DNA of 40,000 nucleotides from Methylocystis bryophila (lineage in GTDB: Bacteria; Pseudomonadota; Alphaproteobacteria; Rhizobiales; Beijerinckiaceae). Positions 36,301 through 40,000 of the stretch are shown one piece after another (position 1 is the first letter of the stretch; each line of letters begins with the position of its first letter). Location: positions 3,550,178 through 3,590,177 of the forward strand of contig NZ_AP027149.1 of NCBI RefSeq assembly GCF_027925445.1, given 5' to 3'. The position numbers and the translations under genes were made by a program. Under the pieces are notes generated by a model, which saw nothing but the letters and a program-made list of their open reading frames with translations, was not told the origin of the DNA and searched no databases.

Positions 36301-36697
36301 GATGATCGAAGTCTGGGTCCAGCAGCGTCATTCGGCGCAAGGCCCACGTCGTCATCACGGCGGCGGCGAGGCCCGCGGTCCTCGTCAAGGCGCGGAGCGG
36401 GAGCGCGGGCCGCACCGCTCCTCTCCGCAGCGCGCCGAAGGCGAAGGCGCCGCGCCCGCCCGCGCCGAGGGCGAGGCGAGGAACCGCTCTGCGCCCAGCG
36501 GCCCGCGACCTCCTCATAAAGGCGAGACTGCGGGACGCGGCGATCGGCGTCCCGAGAATCGCGCGCCGCGGGACGAGAGCCGGCGCAATCCCGTCGGCGG
36601 GCCAAAGAAGCAGCGGGAGCGTCTGCCCGACCCGGATTCGCCCTTCGCCAAGCTCCTCGCCCTGAAGGCCGAGCTGGAGAAAAAGGGCAAATCATGA
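33362..36697 (+). CDS. SUV3-like ATP-dependent (RNA) helicase with a long low-complexity C-terminal tail
   Basis: Contains LLGPTNTGKTHHAIERM (Walker A), AIDEAQL, ATDAIGMGLNLDI and QIAGRAGR. The last ~300 aa go from P/E/A-rich acidic to R/G-rich basic. GTG start, so the exact start is uncertain. Confidence 0.85.
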   Translation: MAEGSDFFQEALAAPLSSATPRPASRAPQLSQPPHKGVAALLGPTNTGKTHHAIERMLSFKSGLIGLPLRLLAREVYGRVVQKVGADRVALVTGEEKIKPPAPDYWVATVEAMPRDLDVEFLAIDEAQLAADYDRGHIFTDRLLRWRGKAETLLIGAQTLAPVIQRFLPGAPIFSRPRMSQLTHAGARKIVRLPPRSAVVAFSAEEVYAIAEWIKRQRGGAAVVLGALSPKTRNAQVELYQSGEVDYIVATDAIGMGLNLDIDLIAFASDRKFDGWRHRRLTSAEFGQIAGRAGRHMSDGAFATTGRCPPFDEELVEALEAHRFDPVATLQWRNPELDFSSIEDLAASLDRAPKEPGLVRAPPREDQIALEILARDEGVRRNAKVRADVERLWEACQIPDYRKTSPAAHAELAATIFAFIARRGKIPPDWIARQIALVDMVEGDIATLANRLAQVRTWCFVANHAGWLDDAAHWQGVARRVEDRLSSALHEGLIQRFVDRRASVLMRRLRENAMLEAEITSGGDVIVEGQHVGSLQGFRFTADPSVAGEAAKALNAAAHRALGAEYEARSTRIADAVDEAFALANDGTIRWLGEPVGRIAPGPGVLKPTAQVLADPELGEALLEKVKRRLELWLAQRIKKLLGALEPLESGEGLSGTVRGVAFQIAEELGVLERYRVAKEIRNFSQEDRAALRKLGVRFGAYHLYLPLLLKPAPRSLASLLWALRHGGLEGVKGLEEAPHLAASGRTSFAADPNVGKEFYRAAGYRLCGDRVVRVDILERLADLIRPAIAYRPGASVGEPPAGTADGDGFVVTVAMTSLTGCSGEAFASILRSLGYVSAQRPGPAITVPIIPAAATKPVVAAPAAEEGAAPATEAAVTKPEAAEPETTEPGIAEPAGDAIEAGPAAEALEIADATVAEVEVPAPAEGEPAAPPEATPAPETDEGATAQAGEPEATAPSETPESEAAPQDAALPEAAAPVAMIEVWVQQRHSAQGPRRHHGGGEARGPRQGAERERGPHRSSPQRAEGEGAAPARAEGEARNRSAPSGPRPPHKGETAGRGDRRPENRAPRDESRRNPVGGPKKQRERLPDPDSPFAKLLALKAELEKKGKS

Positions 36698-36862
36698 GGC
36701 CGCGCGGCTTCTGCTTGAGAAATCCCGAGCGATCCCGCATTCTCGCCCTGTTTAACGGTTAACTGCGCCCCGCGGCGGCGTCAGGCGCCTGCGGCGATTC
36801 GCCGGCGCGCTTCAGCTTCGGGACGCGAGCAATTTGCAGCGCTCTCTCTTGAAAGGCGGATC

Positions 36863-38275
36863 GTGACGAAAATTCTCCCCGTGATCATGTGCGGCGGGTC
36901 CGGCACCAGGGTGTGGCCGGAATCGCGCGAGACCCTGCCCAAGCAATTCATCCCGCTGATCGGGGAGCGTTCGACCTTTCAGACGACCATGCAAATGCTC
37001 GACGATCCCGCCTTCGAGCGGCCGATCGTGATCTCGAGCGTGGACTACCGCTTTCTGATCGCCGACCAGCTTCGCGAGATCGGAGCGCAGGCCGATATCG
37101 TGCTCGAGCCGATGCGCAGGGATTCCGGCCCCGCGGTCGCAGTCGCCGCAGGCCTCGCCGCGCGCCGGTCGCCGGGTACCGTCGTCGTCGTGCTCGCCGC
37201 CGACCATGTCGTGCGCGATCAGCCCGGGCTCGTGGATCTCTGCAAGAAAGCCGCTGAGGCGGCCAAGGAAGGCTACATCGTCACGCTCGGCGTGAAGCCG
37301 GATGCGCCGGCGACGGGTTACGGCTATCTGCGTCCTGGCGCGCAGATCCACGAAGGCGGGGAGGTCTTGAAGCTCGAGGCTTTCGTCGAAAAGCCCGACC
37401 GCGCGACGGCGCAGAGCTACCTCGACCAGGGCTATTTCTGGAACAGCGGCAATTTCATCTTCCGCGCCGACGTGATGCAGGCCGAGATCGCCAAATATGA
37501 GCCGACGATCGCCAGCGCAGCCGAGGGCGCGATCGACGCAGCAAAGATGGATCTCGGCTTCCTCGTGCTGGACGAGGCGTCCTTCCAACTCGCGCCCAAG
37601 AAGTCGATCGACTACGCGGTGATGGAGAAGACGACTCAGGCGGCGTTGATCCCGGCCGACATCGGCTGGTCGGACGTCGGCAGCTGGCGCGCCGTTTGGG
37701 AACTCTCCAAGCGCGACCAGCACGGCAATTCCGTGCGCGGCCACGGCGTCGTGATGGACGCGACCAACGTGCATGTGCGCTCCGATGAGACGCTGACCAC
37801 CGTCGTCGGCGTCTCCGACGTCATCGTGGTGACGACGCAGGACGCGGTGCTGGTGCTGCATCACGATCACGGCGACAAGGTCAAGCAGCTCGTGCAGCAG
37901 TTGCAGCGCGAGAACCGGCGCGAGGCGGGCGAGCACAAGCGCATCTTCCGTCCCTGGGGCTATTACCAGTCGATCGACTCCGGAGCGCGCTATCAGGTCA
38001 AGCGCATCGTCGTGAAACCCGGCGAACGTCTCTCGCTGCAGATGCATTTCCATCGGGCCGAGCATTGGATCGTCGTGAGGGGCACGGCCGAAGTCGATTG
38101 CGACGATCTGACAAAGCTCGTGCACGAAAACGAGTCGATCTATCTGCCGATGGGCTGCAAGCACCGGCTGACCAATCCGGGCAAGATCGACCTGGAGCTC
38201 GTTGAGGTGCAGACCGGCTCCTACCTCGGCGAGGACGACATCGTCCGCTTCCAGGACGCCTATAACCGAGGGTAG
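36863..38275 (+). CDS. manC: Mannose-1-phosphate guanylyltransferase / mannose-6-phosphate isomerase (bifunctional type II PMI-GMP)
   Basis: Contains ILPVIMCGGSGTRVWPESRETLPKQF, GYGY, WSDVGSW and the C-terminal cupin RPWGYYQSID...YQVKRIVVKPGERLSLQMHFHRAEHWIVV.GTA. GTG start. Confidence 0.93.
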   Translation: MTKILPVIMCGGSGTRVWPESRETLPKQFIPLIGERSTFQTTMQMLDDPAFERPIVISSVDYRFLIADQLREIGAQADIVLEPMRRDSGPAVAVAAGLAARRSPGTVVVVLAADHVVRDQPGLVDLCKKAAEAAKEGYIVTLGVKPDAPATGYGYLRPGAQIHEGGEVLKLEAFVEKPDRATAQSYLDQGYFWNSGNFIFRADVMQAEIAKYEPTIASAAEGAIDAAKMDLGFLVLDEASFQLAPKKSIDYAVMEKTTQAALIPADIGWSDVGSWRAVWELSKRDQHGNSVRGHGVVMDATNVHVRSDETLTTVVGVSDVIVVTTQDAVLVLHHDHGDKVKQLVQQLQRENRREAGEHKRIFRPWGYYQSIDSGARYQVKRIVVKPGERLSLQMHFHRAEHWIVVRGTAEVDCDDLTKLVHENESIYLPMGCKHRLTNPGKIDLELVEVQTGSYLGEDDIVRFQDAYNRG

Positions 38276-38376
38276 CAGCGCCGCCCTTCACCTTAGCCCC
38301 AGATTCGGCGTGCGCCGGCGCGCGGCGCTTGTTAAGGGCTGGACCAAGAAAACGCGAATGGCTCGCAATCGCTTCT

Positions 38377-38402
38377 CCCTCTCCCCGCAAGCGGGGAGAG
38401 GG
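38377..38402. repeat. GC-rich palindromic repeat, copy l
   Basis: ccctctccccgc-aa-gcggggagaggg has perfect 12-nt arms. It lies between manC and hisZ. Confidence 0.85.
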
Positions 38403-38460
38403 AGCCTGCGACGAGCGACGCCGAGCGCTCCCGCCCAATGAATTTAGGATCGTGCGAGCC

Positions 38461-39573
38461 GTGACGCAGAGCGCAATCGCCAGCATCGACGCGCGCCTTC
38501 AGGCGGCGCTTGATAAATTCGGCGCTGCGGGATTTCTTCGCCGCGCGCCCGCGCTGCTCTTGCCGGCGGGAATCTTCCTCGATCGTCTGGGCGAGGAATT
38601 TCGCGGCAAGCTCTATCTCACCGGAGAGAACGGGGGATCCGAGCTGTGCCTCAGGCCGGAATTCACGATCCCCGTCGCGCTCCAGCATCTCGCCTCGCCT
38701 TCGAATGGCGAGGAAGCGGACATCGCTTATGGCGGCCCGGTCTTTCGCGCGGGTGAAGGCGAGCTTTTCCAGACGGGCGTCGAGAGCTTCGGGCGCAAGG
38801 ACCCTGCGGCCGCCGACGCTGAAATCCTCGGCGTCGCGCTCGAGGCCGCCGCCGCCGCCGGCGCGCCACGGCTCATGCTCAGGCTCGGCGACGTGGGGCT
38901 TTCACGCAGCTTTCTCGCCCGGCTAGAACTTCCGCCCGCCTGGCGGCGCCGGATCGAGACGGGCGTCGCGCGCGGCGCGGCGCTCGAGGCCGTTCTCGCT
39001 CCCGCGCCGCGGCAGAACGGCGCGCTCGGCGCGGGCGTGCGCGCCGCGTTGGAGAAGAGCGACGCGGCGAGCGCGCGCCAGCTCGTCGAGGACCTGCTGG
39101 CGATCGCCGGCGCCGCGACAGTGGGCGGCCGCTCGGCGGCGGAGGTGGCCGAACGCTTCCTCGAACAGGCGTCGCTGCAAGAGCCGTTGAACCCACGCAC
39201 GCGCCAGCAAATCGTAAATTTCTTTGCGGTCGAGGCGAGCCCGGACGCGGCGAGCGAGAGGCTCCGCGCGCTCGCGCGCGACAGCGGGCTCAAGCTCGAC
39301 GAAGCGCTAGAGGCCTTCGAGACTCGCACAAGCTTTCTTGCCGCGCGCGGCGTTAAATTGGAGGAGACGGTGTTTTCGACGCGCTTTCCCCACGCGATCG
39401 GCTATTACTCGGGCTTCATGTTCGAGGCGCGTCCGTCGGGCGCCGGCGTGCAGGGCGCGCCCCTGCTCTCGGGCGGGCGCTACGACGGCCTCCTGAAATC
39501 ACTCGGCGCGCAATCGAATATTCCAGCCGTCGGCGCCGCGATCTTCGTCGATCGTTTGGGAGCGGTTTCGTGA
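38461..39573 (+). CDS. hisZ: ATP phosphoribosyltransferase regulatory subunit
   Basis: HisRS-like core without an anticodon domain: [47 protein letters not shown]. It is coupled to hisG by a GTGA overlap. The start is uncertain (GTG 38461 or 38452); the track extension covers repeat l. Confidence 0.88.
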   Translation: MTQSAIASIDARLQAALDKFGAAGFLRRAPALLLPAGIFLDRLGEEFRGKLYLTGENGGSELCLRPEFTIPVALQHLASPSNGEEADIAYGGPVFRAGEGELFQTGVESFGRKDPAAADAEILGVALEAAAAAGAPRLMLRLGDVGLSRSFLARLELPPAWRRRIETGVARGAALEAVLAPAPRQNGALGAGVRAALEKSDAASARQLVEDLLAIAGAATVGGRSAAEVAERFLEQASLQEPLNPRTRQQIVNFFAVEASPDAASERLRALARDSGLKLDEALEAFETRTSFLAARGVKLEETVFSTRFPHAIGYYSGFMFEARPSGAGVQGAPLLSGGRYDGLLKSLGAQSNIPAVGAAIFVDRLGAVS

Positions 39574-40000
39574 GCGTCGCTTTCTCCGACCGCCTCATCG
39601 TCGCCGCGCCCTCCAAGGGAAGGCTCCAAGAGAACGCGCTCGCCTTTTTCGCCCGCGCCGGCTGCGAGCTTCAGCAGGGTCGCGGCGCCCGCGATTATCG
39701 CGGCCTCGTCGCTTCCGTGGATGACGCCGAGGCGGCCTTCCTCTCCGCCGGGGAAATCACGCTGCGCTTATCGCGCGGCGAGGCGCATCTCGGCGTCACC
39801 GGCGAGGATCTGGTGCGCGAGGAGATCGCCGATCCCGACTCTTGCGTCGAGCTCCTGACGCCACTGGGGTTTGGGTCCGCCAATGTCGTCGTCGCCGCGC
39901 CCGACGCCTGGATCGATGTGCGCACGATGGCGGATCTCGCCGACGTCGCGGCGGGGTTTCGCGCACGCCACGGACGCGGACTGCGCGTCGCGACAAAATA
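39570..40000 (+). CDS. hisG: ATP phosphoribosyltransferase catalytic subunit (short form); 3' end runs off the window
   Basis: Own translation from GTG 39570: [34 protein letters not shown]...[15 protein letters not shown]...[15 protein letters not shown]...LRVATK. Confidence 0.9.
   Translation, partial: MSVAFSDRLIVAAPSKGRLQENALAFFARAGCELQQGRGARDYRGLVASVDDAEAAFLSAGEITLRLSRGEAHLGVTGEDLVREEIADPDSCVELLTPLGFGSANVVVAAPDAWIDVRTMADLADVAAGFRARHGRGLRVATK

Overview
GC-rich chromosome segment: core 60-nt lines I counted are about 65% GC. The gene content looks alphaproteobacterial (Hyphomicrobiales-like). The organism is probably a methylotroph or methanotroph, because methenyl-H4MPT cyclohydrolase (mch) sits next to crotonyl-CoA carboxylase/reductase (ccr); this is an inference, not a database result.

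Most of the window is ordinary housekeeping:
- cell wall and lysine synthesis: mpl, dapD, dapE
- a crotonase-family enzyme
- sugar-nucleotide supply: PMM/PGM, manC
- ccr, mch, cytochrome c, sucC
- a TroA-type metal ABC importer
- yqeY, carA, nrdJ
- a SUV3-like helicase
- hisZ, hisG and tRNA-Gly(CCC)

Many long alternate-frame or antisense ORFs in the track are GC-driven shadow ORFs.

Observations worth a second look:
1. A family of 12 GC-rich palindromic REP/REPIN-like hairpins. All are intergenic and most occur as doublets.
2. An accessory insertion between carA and nrdJ. It holds a DUF559 (Vsr-like nuclease) gene split by one in-frame amber codon and bracketed by duplicated repeat doublets. 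Next to it is a low-GC ImmA/IrrE-type metallopeptidase with a C-terminal zinc ribbon, set only 15 nt after the nrdJ stop and lacking a repressor partner.
3. A lower-GC islet beside tRNA-Gly. It carries an SRPBCC-histidine-kinase fusion whose phospho-acceptor His is Leu, divergent from a very AT-rich fatty-acid hydroxylase gene.
4. A secreted protein with 16 cysteines and a tandem 49-aa repeat.
5. A second intergenic repeat family, with 2 copies.
6. An orphan sucC with no sucD.
7. Candidate Zur, DnaA, NrdR and Pho-like sites.

I found no CRISPR array, transposase, integrase or prophage. I cannot show that any of these is a genuinely new system; the carA-nrdJ insertion is my best candidate.
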